Assembly (NCBI GenBank): GCA_965207455.1
Contig: CBDBMJ010000001.1
Span: 896,001-960,000 of the forward strand
DNA: 64,000 bases
Reading direction: 5' to 3'
DNA from: Bdellovibrionota bacterium
GTDB taxonomy: Bacteria > Bdellovibrionota > UBA1018 > CAIPTA01 > JAALKR01
Each line of letters begins with the position of its first letter. The first letter of the stretch is position 1. This document shows, one piece after another, positions 12,310 through 21,435 of the stretch. The notes beneath the pieces were generated by a model. It was not told where the DNA came from and did not search any database. It was given only the letters and a program-made list of their open reading frames with translations. The translations under genes and the position numbers were made by a program.

Positions 12310-13875
12310 CTATTGGACTGCTCCACTATCCCGATAGCGACGTAGTTCTAAAAAAGAGTCCCCCAAATGGGCAGTCAAATCACTAGCAGTCATGGCCCGA
12401 TGGCCTAATTCCTTAGCTGCGTGTTTTCCAGCCAAGCTGTGGATATATACACCCAAACAAACAGCTTCTACCGTATTTATTTCTTGGCCCAATAAGCCTC
12501 CCAACATCCCTGCCAACACATCTCCACTGCCCGCCGTAGCCATACCGTCATTAGGATAGTGATTGAGGAAAATTTTATCATCAGTGGTGCCAATAAACGT
12601 GCAAGCTCCCTTAAGTAAGGTAACCGTATTCGTATCTCTCACAACTGTTCTCACAGACTCTATGGGATTGGATCTTACCGTTTCCATATCCACACCCATC
12701 ATCCTTGCCATCTCTCCCAAGTGAGGCGTAAGAACGGTGGGTCCCTTTCGAGATGAGAGTTCCTTTTTTAGTTCCTCATTTGCCAAAAGATTAATTCCAT
12801 CGGCATCAATCACAAGAGGGCCATTATAGTAATGCATAAGTTTCTTTAAAAGTGTTTGGGCTTCCTTGGAAGTTCCTAAACCCGGACCTATTACGATGGA
12901 AGAAAAATTATTTATTTCCTGACGTTGTTTTATATAATCCTTTCCTTCTATCTGAAAAGGAGTAATCATAATTTCATCATCCATACGATTCATTAAGCTG
13001 TCGCAACAATCCTGCCAAGTACTTACCGTCACCAATCCTGTTCCCATACGCAAACAAGATCGGGCAGCCATGCAAATAGCTCCCAAACGACCCGGACTAC
13101 CTCCAATTAAAAGACAATGACCAAAGGAATTTTTATGACCATAACGATCTCGAAACTTTAATAAAGAAGCCACACTACTTTCCTCCAAAGACCAAATGGA
13201 ACCTTCTTTGTGAAAGACTCGAGGAAAAGAAATATCTGCAACTTCTAATGATCCCCGATAAAATGCTCCAGGAGAAATATAATGACCAAGCTTGGGAAAC
13301 TCAAATGCAATGGTCATGTCTGCATCTATACACTGTCCCACCACAGCACCTGTATTTCCATCCACTCCTGTGGGAATATCTAAAGCAATAACATAGTTGG
13401 CTCGTTTGTTAATAATATCCACCACATCCGCATAGAGTCCCGCTAGCGGTCCTCGAAAACCTGTACCCAAAAGACCATCTACGGCAATAAATGGACCAAT
13501 ACTACTCCCAAAAAATTCATCTAAAGGCTCTATGTTTTCCAGTATCACGGGCCAAACTCTCTCTTTTAAAAGAATATTGAGATTTGTTCTCGCTGTACCC
13601 TTATAAGCATCTTCGCTATGGAGAAGAAAAAGACGTATGCTTTTACCCATTTTTAAAAGGTGACGAGCGACAACTAAAGCATCTCCTCCATTTCTCCCCT
13701 TTCCTGCTAGGATGAGTATGTCCGAGTTCACCATTGTCTGCTCCTGATGTTTTTTTGCTATAATTTTTGCTGCCTGAGATCCTGCATTTTCCATCAATAC
13801 AATAGATGGAATTTCAAACTCCTCTGTTGCTCTACGATCCAACTCCTGCATTTCTTCATTCGTAACAACTCTCAT
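12310..13875 (-). CDS. nnr: Bifunctional NAD(P)HX epimerase/dehydratase
   Basis: LMENAG, GRNGGD, DIPTG, IDADG, TPHLGE and ATAGSGDVLAG motifs. Confidence 0.96.
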   Translation of the reverse strand: MRVVTNEEMQELDRRATEEFEIPSIVLMENAGSQAAKIIAKKHQEQTMVNSDILILAGKGRNGGDALVVARHLLKMGKSIRLFLLHSEDAYKGTARTNLNILLKERVWPVILENIEPLDEFFGSSIGPFIAVDGLLGTGFRGPLAGLYADVVDIINKRANYVIALDIPTGVDGNTGAVVGQCIDADMTIAFEFPKLGHYISPGAFYRGSLEVADISFPRVFHKEGSIWSLEESSVASLLKFRDRYGHKNSFGHCLLIGGSPGRLGAICMAARSCLRMGTGLVTVSTWQDCCDSLMNRMDDEIMITPFQIEGKDYIKQRQEINNFSSIVIGPGLGTSKEAQTLLKKLMHYYNGPLVIDADGINLLANEELKKELSSRKGPTVLTPHLGEMARMMGVDMETVRSNPIESVRTVVRDTNTVTLLKGACTFIGTTDDKIFLNHYPNDGMATAGSGDVLAGMLGGLLGQEINTVEAVCLGVYIHSLAGKHAAKELGHRAMTASDLTAHLGDSFLELRRYRDSGAVQ

Positions 13876-14261
13876 ACCTTACCTCCAAGTAAAATCACAC
13901 TAGCAATAGCAAAACCACTATCATGGGACAAACTCAATGCAATTTCCTTGCCCCCTTTAGCAGAAAATAACTCTTTGGCTTGGCCAGAAATCTCTAACGT
14001 GGGCGCCCCATTGGAGTCATGATTCACTTCAACCTCCACTAAATTTCCCACTGTGCCTAGATTCATACCCATGGCCTTGGAGAAAGCTTCTTTTGCAGCA
14101 AAACGTGCAGCAAAGTGCTGATCTGGATTTACCTTCTTTGCACAATAGGCTCGCTCTCTTTTTGAAAACACCCGTGTTTCAAAATTCTCTCCTTGACGAA
14201 CCCTCACCTCTCCCAAGCGTTGTGTGCTTACTAAATCAATGCCATGACCTAATAGTTCCAT
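13872..14261 (-). CDS. acpS: Holo-[acyl-carrier-protein] synthase
   Basis: GIDLV, AARFAAKEAFSKA, SLSH motifs. Confidence 0.96.
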   Translation of the reverse strand: MELLGHGIDLVSTQRLGEVRVRQGENFETRVFSKRERAYCAKKVNPDQHFAARFAAKEAFSKAMGMNLGTVGNLVEVEVNHDSNGAPTLEISGQAKELFSAKGGKEIALSLSHDSGFAIASVILLGGKV

Positions 14262-14269
14262 AAAATCTC

Positions 14270-15670
14270 CTACAATGCATTACCAGTAGCCGTTGAAAAA
14301 GCATGGGCTATTTGCTGACAATATTTATGAACTTCCTCTCTGTCCTCTCCCTCTACCATAATACGAAATAAAAGTTCAGTGCCAGAGTAGCGCACAAATA
14401 CGCGTCCCCTTCCCTTTAAGTTTTTTTCTACTAATTGAATTGCCACAGAAACTTCCGGAATATCCTTTAATGGGATTTTTTCCTTTACATTTATATACTG
14501 AAATGCTTGGGGTAATAAAGAAATTTGAGATTTTAGTTCAGAAAGAGATTTTTTTTCTTTTTTCATAATTTCCAATACTTTAAGTGCAGCCAGGAGTCCA
14601 TCACCAGTAGTGGCAAAATCTTGAAAAATAATATGCCCGGATTGCTCTCCTCCCAAACTATACCCATGAGTGCGCATACATTCCGTCACATACCGGTCTC
14701 CCACGGGAGTGCGCACCACTGCTATGCCTTTCTTCTTTAAACTTAACTCCAAACCCATATTAGACATGGGAGTACACACCAGCGTACTCAGTTTTCCTTG
14801 CTTAGCAAGCTCTAGGGCACAAATTCCCATTATTTGATCCCCGTCTACCTTTTCTCCCTTTTCGTCGCAAAGAATTACCCGATCCGCATCTCCATCCAAA
14901 GAAATACCAATTTCTGCTCCAGAATCTAGCACCGCTTGGGCCGCTACTTGAGGATACAAAGCACCACTATTGGCGTTAATGTTTGTGCCATTGGGAGACA
15001 CTCCCAACTCAATTACCTCAGCGCCCAGTTCCCTTAACAACAGGGGAGCGAGTTTATAAGCAGCCCCGTTAGCACAATCCAACACCACGGTTGTATTATA
15101 CAAGTCGAAATCCATGGGTACAGTGGATTTTAAAAGAATAAGATAACGCCCAAGAGCATCATCAATACGAACAGCTCTTCCAATATCTCCATAAGTGGGA
15201 AGGGATTGATCTTTAGAGTGAAGAGGTTCAGAAGAAAGCACTAACGATTCAATCTCTTTTTCCAACTCATCGGGAAGCTTACATCCGTTATAATCAAAAA
15301 TTTTAATGCCGTTATCTTCATAGGAATTATGGGAAGCACTGATCATGATCCCTGCATCTGCGCGCATGCTTTGCACGAGAAATGCCACTCCCGGTGTGGG
15401 CAACGGACCCAGTAATAAAACATCGGCTCCCATAGAACAAATGCCACTGGTTAAGGCCTGCTCCAACATATAACAAGAAATTCTCGTATCTTTTCCAATG
15501 ATCACACGAGGATGGGGATAGGTAGTTCGTTGCTTCCATCCACTTCGCTTCAAAAGAACCTGAGCCATGGCTGCGCCCACCTGCATAGCCACATCAGCAC
15601 ATATGGGGTATCGATTTGCCATGCCACGAATACCATCTGTTCCAAATAATTTTCTATCCACTGTGCTCAC
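14270..15670 (-). CDS. glmM: Phosphoglucosamine mutase
   Basis: LFGTDGIRG, ISASHN, DGDADR, GGEQSGH, RYSGTE motifs. Confidence 0.97.
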   Translation of the reverse strand: MSTVDRKLFGTDGIRGMANRYPICADVAMQVGAAMAQVLLKRSGWKQRTTYPHPRVIIGKDTRISCYMLEQALTSGICSMGADVLLLGPLPTPGVAFLVQSMRADAGIMISASHNSYEDNGIKIFDYNGCKLPDELEKEIESLVLSSEPLHSKDQSLPTYGDIGRAVRIDDALGRYLILLKSTVPMDFDLYNTTVVLDCANGAAYKLAPLLLRELGAEVIELGVSPNGTNINANSGALYPQVAAQAVLDSGAEIGISLDGDADRVILCDEKGEKVDGDQIMGICALELAKQGKLSTLVCTPMSNMGLELSLKKKGIAVVRTPVGDRYVTECMRTHGYSLGGEQSGHIIFQDFATTGDGLLAALKVLEIMKKEKKSLSELKSQISLLPQAFQYINVKEKIPLKDIPEVSVAIQLVEKNLKGRGRVFVRYSGTELLFRIMVEGEDREEVHKYCQQIAHAFSTATGNAL

Positions 15671-15672
15671 AG

Positions 15673-16605
15673 TTACTCCAATGTTATTTTTACCTGAGAT
15701 GGGACAACTCGAACTAATTTTATCCCTCGGGGCAATTTTACTTTTACTTGTCTCAAATGCTCTCCAGCAGATAAACCTCTTACATCCACCTCAGCTAATA
15801 TTTCTTTAGATTTAATTGCATTAATAACTTTTTTAGAGCCACGAACATAGAGCGCTACTTTTTTTATACTTATCGTATACTCTCCATCTGCTAAAACCTG
15901 CAATGGTACACCAGCAATACGAAATTTCGATCCCTTGGGCTCCACTTCTATAATAATTTTAGGAGATACTTCCTCATCAAAAGAAACACCAGGTATGGAA
16001 ATTTTTATGGGAACTTCCCAACGAAAACTAGGATCGACATTGGAAATATCCACTGGCTCCGGGCGAAGCACTTTAATTTTTTCTATACGAGAACGTGGAC
16101 CACGAATACGAACTTTTGAGGGCGAAGGTAATAGTTTTAAAAGACGAAGATCCGACGGGAGTGTATTCGTTGTATTCACTTCCACAGGAACAGTTTTATA
16201 CTTTACAGACTCAATCATGGGATAAATTCGAGAAGGACTGATGGATAGTACTTTTACGCCAATGGGAAGTCGTAATATATCACTACTAATATTATAGTAT
16301 GTGGGTCCCTCTTTTGCGTCCGTAAGATCTAAGCGCAAAACATCTAAAGAATTCGTAATAGTGCGTAGAAAAAATTTCGACCCAGATAAACGAACCGTTA
16401 TTTTATTGGTAACATCATTGGAAACCATTAAATTAGGAGCCGTATCTAATACAAGTTTTATTTCTTTGGAAACCTCTATACCACTGGAACTCAAAACAAA
16501 AAACCAAAGAGCAATAGCCATTACAATAGATATAAACTTCCAAGTAAAATTATAAAAAATAAATCCCATTTGACTATTTTGCTCCCACAGTAGTTTGCTT
16601 TTCAA
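15673..16605 (-). CDS. cdaR: CdaR/YbbR-like diadenylate cyclase regulator
   Basis: N-terminal TM segment (IAIALWFFV-type) then beta-rich YbbR-like repeats (PSKVRIRGPRS); lies between cdaA and glmM. Confidence 0.85.
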   Translation of the reverse strand: MKSKLLWEQNSQMGFIFYNFTWKFISIVMAIALWFFVLSSSGIEVSKEIKLVLDTAPNLMVSNDVTNKITVRLSGSKFFLRTITNSLDVLRLDLTDAKEGPTYYNISSDILRLPIGVKVLSISPSRIYPMIESVKYKTVPVEVNTTNTLPSDLRLLKLLPSPSKVRIRGPRSRIEKIKVLRPEPVDISNVDPSFRWEVPIKISIPGVSFDEEVSPKIIIEVEPKGSKFRIAGVPLQVLADGEYTISIKKVALYVRGSKKVINAIKSKEILAEVDVRGLSAGEHLRQVKVKLPRGIKLVRVVPSQVKITLE

Positions 16606-17374
16606 ATTCCATAAGATCCAATATAATGGTAAGACTTTTATTTAACTCTTCCTCTGAGAGAGAACCCGTTAGTCTTCCACCCTTCACTAAATAAATTTCG
16701 CCAGTTTCCTCACTAACCAGCACCACAATAGCATCCGTATCCTCAGTTAAACCTATGGCTGCACGGTGACGAGTTCCATATTTCTTCTCCACATGAGGAT
16801 TCTTTGTGAGTGGTAAAAAACAACCAGCAGCCGCTATTTTTCCATCTTTTATAATAATGGCACCGTCATGAATAGGAGAACTTGGAATAAAAATGGAATA
16901 AATAAGCTCAGATCGCACTTTAGCATCTAGGGGAGAACCTGAATCAATAAAGTTTTTTAAACCCGTCTCCCTTTCTATTACAATTAAAGCTCCCATACGA
17001 TCATCAGCCATACGAAAGGCTGCCTTACATATCTCCTTCACCACAACACGATCTACTTTCCCTAAGCCGGGTGTTAAAAAAGAAGTGGTTCCCACATAAG
17101 CCAAAGCTCTACGCAAATGGTCTTGGAATAATACAATGACAATAATAAATAAGTTGTCGAAGAAACTGCCCAAAAGCCAGTGGATCGCAAACAGATTAAA
17201 GTAATTGGAAAGCACATAAAATAGACTTAAAAAAAACAGACCTGTGATCATTTGCACGGCATAAGTACCACGCATGATGGTGAGCATACGGTAAATAACC
17301 AATGCCACAAGAATAATATCCACAAAGTCTTGCAGACGAAAACCTGTGATAATATTGCTAAAAAGCTCTAACAA
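16574..17374 (-). CDS. cdaA: Membrane diadenylate cyclase CdaA (c-di-AMP synthase)
   Basis: Three N-terminal TM segments plus DAC motifs HDGA and GTRHRAA. Confidence 0.96.
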   Translation of the reverse strand: MLELFSNIITGFRLQDFVDIILVALVIYRMLTIMRGTYAVQMITGLFFLSLFYVLSNYFNLFAIHWLLGSFFDNLFIIVIVLFQDHLRRALAYVGTTSFLTPGLGKVDRVVVKEICKAAFRMADDRMGALIVIERETGLKNFIDSGSPLDAKVRSELIYSIFIPSSPIHDGAIIIKDGKIAAAGCFLPLTKNPHVEKKYGTRHRAAIGLTEDTDAIVVLVSEETGEIYLVKGGRLTGSLSEEELNKSLTIILDLMEFEKQTTVGAK

Positions 17375-17392
17375 TGCCCATAACCTCGCTTT

Positions 17393-19372
17393 TTATACCG
17401 TAACTGGTGAGGTACCTGCAAGGGACTGCCCCTGTACGCCACCCTTGTTACTATCTGTAGAAGACTCCGCATTATCTGGCACGTTAGAAGAACCAGGATC
17501 CTCTGCCTTAGGGGAAAGTTTCTCACCATTCATTAACTTTTGAATTTGATTTTTATCTAAAACCTCATACTCCAGTAGAGCGTTTGCCATGGCATGAAGT
17601 ATATCCACACTAGATAATAATAAATCCTTGGCCCTACGATAGTTCAGTTCCATTATTTCACGAATTTCCTGATCAATAAGTTGAGCTGTTTTTTCTGAAT
17701 AGGACGCAGCCTGATTGATCTCCCTACCAATAAATATTTCTTCTCTTTTCTTCCCTAAACTGATAGGCCCTAGGCGCTCACTCATTCCCCACTCACAAAC
17801 CATCTTCTTCGCTAAGTCGGTGGCTCGCTCAATATCATTTCCTGCCCCCGTTGTCTTATGATCAAAGATTATTTCTTCTGCAGCCCTTCCTCCCATTAAA
17901 AAACAAATCATATTTTCCGTACGACCCCGAGAGTAAGATAAATGATCTTCATTGGGAAGCGTCTGGGTAAGACCAAGGGCCATACCCCTGGGAATAATTG
18001 TTACTTTGTGAATTGGATCTGTTCCAGGAAGATTCCAACCCACAATTGTGTGACCCGACTCATGGTAAGCCGTATTTCTCTTTTCCTCATCACTAATGAT
18101 CATGGATTTGCGTTCCGCTCCCATAAGAACTTTATCCTTGGCTTCCTCAAAATCTTCCATTTCTAAATGTTTCTTATTTTTTCTTGCTGCCATAAGAGCT
18201 GCTTCATTTACTAAATTCTCCAAATCTGCACCACTGAAACCTGGTGTTCCCCGGGCAATTATATTTAAATCCACACCTTTCTTCACCACGGTACGCTTGG
18301 TGTGTACATTTAAAATAGCCTCACGCCCACGAACATCGGGTTTATTTACCACTACCCTACGGTCAAAACGACCCGGTCGTAATAACGCCACATCTAGAAC
18401 ATCGGGACGATTGGTGGCTGCCACTAAAATAACTCCTTCGTTGGACTCGAAACCATCCATCTCCACCAATAACTGATTGAGGGTTTGCTCCCTCTCATCG
18501 TGACCCCCACCAATGCCAGCTCCACGCTGCCTCCCCACGGCATCAATTTCATCAATAAAAATAATACAGGGAGCTTGTCGCTTGCCCTGCTCAAAAAGAT
18601 CTCGTACACGAGAGGCACCCACACCCACAAACATCTCCACAAAATCAGAACCAGCAATACTGAAAAAAGGCACTTTTGCTTCCCCTGCAATGGCACGAGC
18701 AAGAAGAGTCTTTCCCGTCCCCGGTGCGCCAATAAGTAAAACACCTTTGGGAATCCGCCCTCCCAAACGGGTAAACTTTTTCCTGTCTTTTAGAAATTCT
18801 ATAATTTCCATTAACTCTTCCTTTGCTTCTTTAATGCCAGCCACATCTTTAAACGTAATCTTTTTACTATTCTCATTAAGAAGACGTGCCCGGGACTTGC
18901 CAAAACTCATGGCCTTTCCACCACCTAACTGCAACTGGCGCATAAAGAATATGAAAAGAAATACAAGAAGTAAAATAGGAAACCAGGACAGGAGCGCCTG
19001 CTGCCAAAATGGTGTTTTCTTAGCCTTCTTAAACTCCCAAGATATTTGGTGCTTTTCTAAAAGAATGGGTAGGTTGGAGTCGCTCGCATTACCCGTGGTT
19101 GTAAATTCTTTCTTGTCGTTGATGGGAACCTTATAGGTTCCATCAATACGGTCGTCCTTATTCACCGTTACTGTGGCAATTTTTCCTGCCTTCACTTCTG
19201 CAATAAAGTCGCTATAGCGAATCGTATTATCCCCAGGCCCCTCCTGATGAAAGACCTGATAAATTACGGCAAACATAAGAAGCAACACGAGCCATAGGGC
19301 TAGGGTCTTATGGGACTGCTTCATTGGCTGTAGGGGGTTTTTTTTGGGTTTTCGTGTCTTGGGAGAGGGCAT
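17393..19372 (-). CDS. ftsH: ATP-dependent zinc metalloprotease FtsH
   Basis: Two TM segments, GAPGTGKT Walker A, FIDEID, ATNRPD, HESGH zinc motif. Start uncertain; ORF is open to 19459. Confidence 0.97.
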   Translation of the reverse strand: MPSPKTRKPKKNPLQPMKQSHKTLALWLVLLLMFAVIYQVFHQEGPGDNTIRYSDFIAEVKAGKIATVTVNKDDRIDGTYKVPINDKKEFTTTGNASDSNLPILLEKHQISWEFKKAKKTPFWQQALLSWFPILLLVFLFIFFMRQLQLGGGKAMSFGKSRARLLNENSKKITFKDVAGIKEAKEELMEIIEFLKDRKKFTRLGGRIPKGVLLIGAPGTGKTLLARAIAGEAKVPFFSIAGSDFVEMFVGVGASRVRDLFEQGKRQAPCIIFIDEIDAVGRQRGAGIGGGHDEREQTLNQLLVEMDGFESNEGVILVAATNRPDVLDVALLRPGRFDRRVVVNKPDVRGREAILNVHTKRTVVKKGVDLNIIARGTPGFSGADLENLVNEAALMAARKNKKHLEMEDFEEAKDKVLMGAERKSMIISDEEKRNTAYHESGHTIVGWNLPGTDPIHKVTIIPRGMALGLTQTLPNEDHLSYSRGRTENMICFLMGGRAAEEIIFDHKTTGAGNDIERATDLAKKMVCEWGMSERLGPISLGKKREEIFIGREINQAASYSEKTAQLIDQEIREIMELNYRRAKDLLLSSVDILHAMANALLEYEVLDKNQIQKLMNGEKLSPKAEDPGSSNVPDNAESSTDSNKGGVQGQSLAGTSPVTV

Positions 19373-19575
19373 TTTTCCATCCTTTTCTTTACTATTTAGA
19401 ACCTTGATTTCTTGAGAAAATAATAGCAGTTTTCTTGTTGTGATGGTAAGCGTTATCATGAAAGAAACGTTTGATTATTAAGAGTTCTTGCATAATTGTT
19501 AGCATTTGACGTATTTTTACAACAAAGAAAGGAATTTATCCATATGAAAGTAGGCAGCGATAAAACAACCATACA

Positions 19576-20787
19576 ATGTCCATAAAAACGCCCATTTACC
19601 TCGACAACCACGCCACCACCCCCACCGATCCAGCGGTTGTGGCCGCTATGCTCCCCTATTTTACTCAAAATTTCGGAAATCCTCAGTCCACGACCCATAT
19701 TTTTGGCTGGAAGGCAGAAGCTGCTGTGAATATGGCCCGGGAGCAGGTGGCTCAGCTGATTGGGTCCACTCCCCAGGAAATTATCTTTACTAGTGGGGCC
19801 ACAGAAAGCAATAATCTTGCCCTGCTAGGAGCTGCTCAAGCCGCAAATAGCCCGGGGCATATTATTAGCTCTGCCACAGAACACAGTGCCGTACTCAATA
19901 CACTCCATGAACTCCAAAGAAGAAATTTCAGGGTCACCCTACTGGGCACCGACCAATATGGGCAAATCCCCATAGATGCAATCCGAAATGCCATAGAAAA
20001 AGACACCATTCTCTTTTCCTTTATGGCTGCGAACAACGAGGTGGGCACTTTCCATAGAATTAACGAAATAGGCAAGCTTGCCAAAGAGAGATCTATTATT
20101 TTTCATTGCGACGCTGCCCAAGGCGTAGGCAAAATGAACCTCCATGTGGAAAATGATTCCATTGATCTGCTTTCCCTCTCTGGGCACAAAATCTATGGCC
20201 CTAAGGGTGTTGGGGCTCTGTATGTTCGCAGAAAAAATCCACGAGTAGAGTTAAAGCCCATTACTTTTGGAGGGGGACAGGAACGCAACCTTCGTTCAGG
20301 AACGCTCAATGTGCCCGGTATTGTTGGTCTAGGTACTGCGTGTGCGCTTATGCAAAGTAAGGGCAAGGATGACGCTCAGAGAGTCCGACAATTACGGGAT
20401 AGCCTAGAAAACCACTTGCTGGAGAATATTCCTGAACTCATTGTTAATGGTCATCCTAAAGAACGACTCTATAATAATCTCAATATTTCTGTGCCCCATG
20501 TGGAAGGAGAAAGCCTCTTAGTTGCTCTCAAGGAGATAGCCTTCTCTGGAGGATCTGCTTGCCAATCTCAGAAAGATCATCAATCCCATGTACTCCAAGC
20601 ACTGGGTAAGGAATCGGACATAGTCAGATCCAGTATGCGCTTTGGATTGGGTAGGTTCACCACAAAAGAGGAAATAGACAGAGCAAAAACCCTACTTTGC
20701 ACCGTAATTCCTGACCTCCAAAAAAATTCAGCCTTATACCAAGTTCGTAAAAAAAACACAATCACAAAGATAGGAGTATATCTATGA
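19576..20787 (+). CDS. iscS: Cysteine desulfurase IscS
   Basis: YLDNHATTP, SGHKIYGPKG, RSGTLNVPG, GSAC motifs; first gene of iscS-iscA-fdx. Confidence 0.95.
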   Translation: MSIKTPIYLDNHATTPTDPAVVAAMLPYFTQNFGNPQSTTHIFGWKAEAAVNMAREQVAQLIGSTPQEIIFTSGATESNNLALLGAAQAANSPGHIISSATEHSAVLNTLHELQRRNFRVTLLGTDQYGQIPIDAIRNAIEKDTILFSFMAANNEVGTFHRINEIGKLAKERSIIFHCDAAQGVGKMNLHVENDSIDLLSLSGHKIYGPKGVGALYVRRKNPRVELKPITFGGGQERNLRSGTLNVPGIVGLGTACALMQSKGKDDAQRVRQLRDSLENHLLENIPELIVNGHPKERLYNNLNISVPHVEGESLLVALKEIAFSGGSACQSQKDHQSHVLQALGKESDIVRSSMRFGLGRFTTKEEIDRAKTLLCTVIPDLQKNSALYQVRKKNTITKIGVYL

Positions 20788-21107
20788 TCACGCTTACCGC
20801 ATCGGCAATCACTCAGCTAAAAAACATACAAGTAAATGAAAAAAAAGAAAACTGTTTCCTTCGCGTCCGTGTAGTTGGAGGAGGATGTAGTGGAATGAGC
20901 TACAAATTAAATTTTGATGATACCATGGGAGATAAAGAGAAAATATTTGATCAGGAAGGAATAAAAGTAGTGGTAGACCCCAAAAGTTATTTGTATATTA
21001 AGGGAATGACTCTTGATTTCTCCTCTGGACTCAATGGAAAGGGTTTTGAATTCCATAACAAAAATGCGAAAAAAAGCTGCGGTTGTGGAGCTTCTTTTTC
21101 TGTCTAA
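20784..21107 (+). CDS. iscA: A-type Fe-S carrier (IscA/ErpA family)
   Basis: GGCSG and C-terminal CGCGASF motifs. Confidence 0.93.
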   Translation: MITLTASAITQLKNIQVNEKKENCFLRVRVVGGGCSGMSYKLNFDDTMGDKEKIFDQEGIKVVVDPKSYLYIKGMTLDFSSGLNGKGFEFHNKNAKKSCGCGASFSV

Positions 21108-21138
21108 ATCACCATAAATTTTTAAAGGAGAAGTAAAA

Positions 21139-21429
21139 ATGAAGCTCAAGTTCACTCCAGAAAACAAAGAAGCAAATCTCACCCTAGGCGATTCCATCCT
21201 AGAGCACGCTGAAATTTCCAGCGTAAGCCTCAACCACAGCTGTGGAGGAAACTGCTGCTGTTCCACCTGCCACGTCTACATTATAAAAGGAATGGAACAC
21301 CTCTCTAAACAAGAAGAAGATGAAATAAGCCTCCTAGAAACTGCCTCAGGATTCAAAAAAAATAGCCGCCTAGCTTGCCAAACACGGATACTCCAAGAAG
21401 GTGCCATCGAAGTAGAAGTTCCCGAATAG
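21139..21429 (+). CDS. fdx: [2Fe-2S] ferredoxin (ISC/adrenodoxin type)
   Basis: CGGNCCCSTCH and SRLACQ motifs. Confidence 0.92.
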   Translation: MKLKFTPENKEANLTLGDSILEHAEISSVSLNHSCGGNCCCSTCHVYIIKGMEHLSKQEEDEISLLETASGFKKNSRLACQTRILQEGAIEVEVPE

Positions 21430-21435
21430 GGAGAA

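Noticed and set aside
18513..19136. 207-aa plus-strand ORF and other ORFs antisense to ftsH, sucC, icd, pcc and hppD
   Set aside because: They lie wholly opposite well-conserved genes and show no motifs; typical shadow ORFs.
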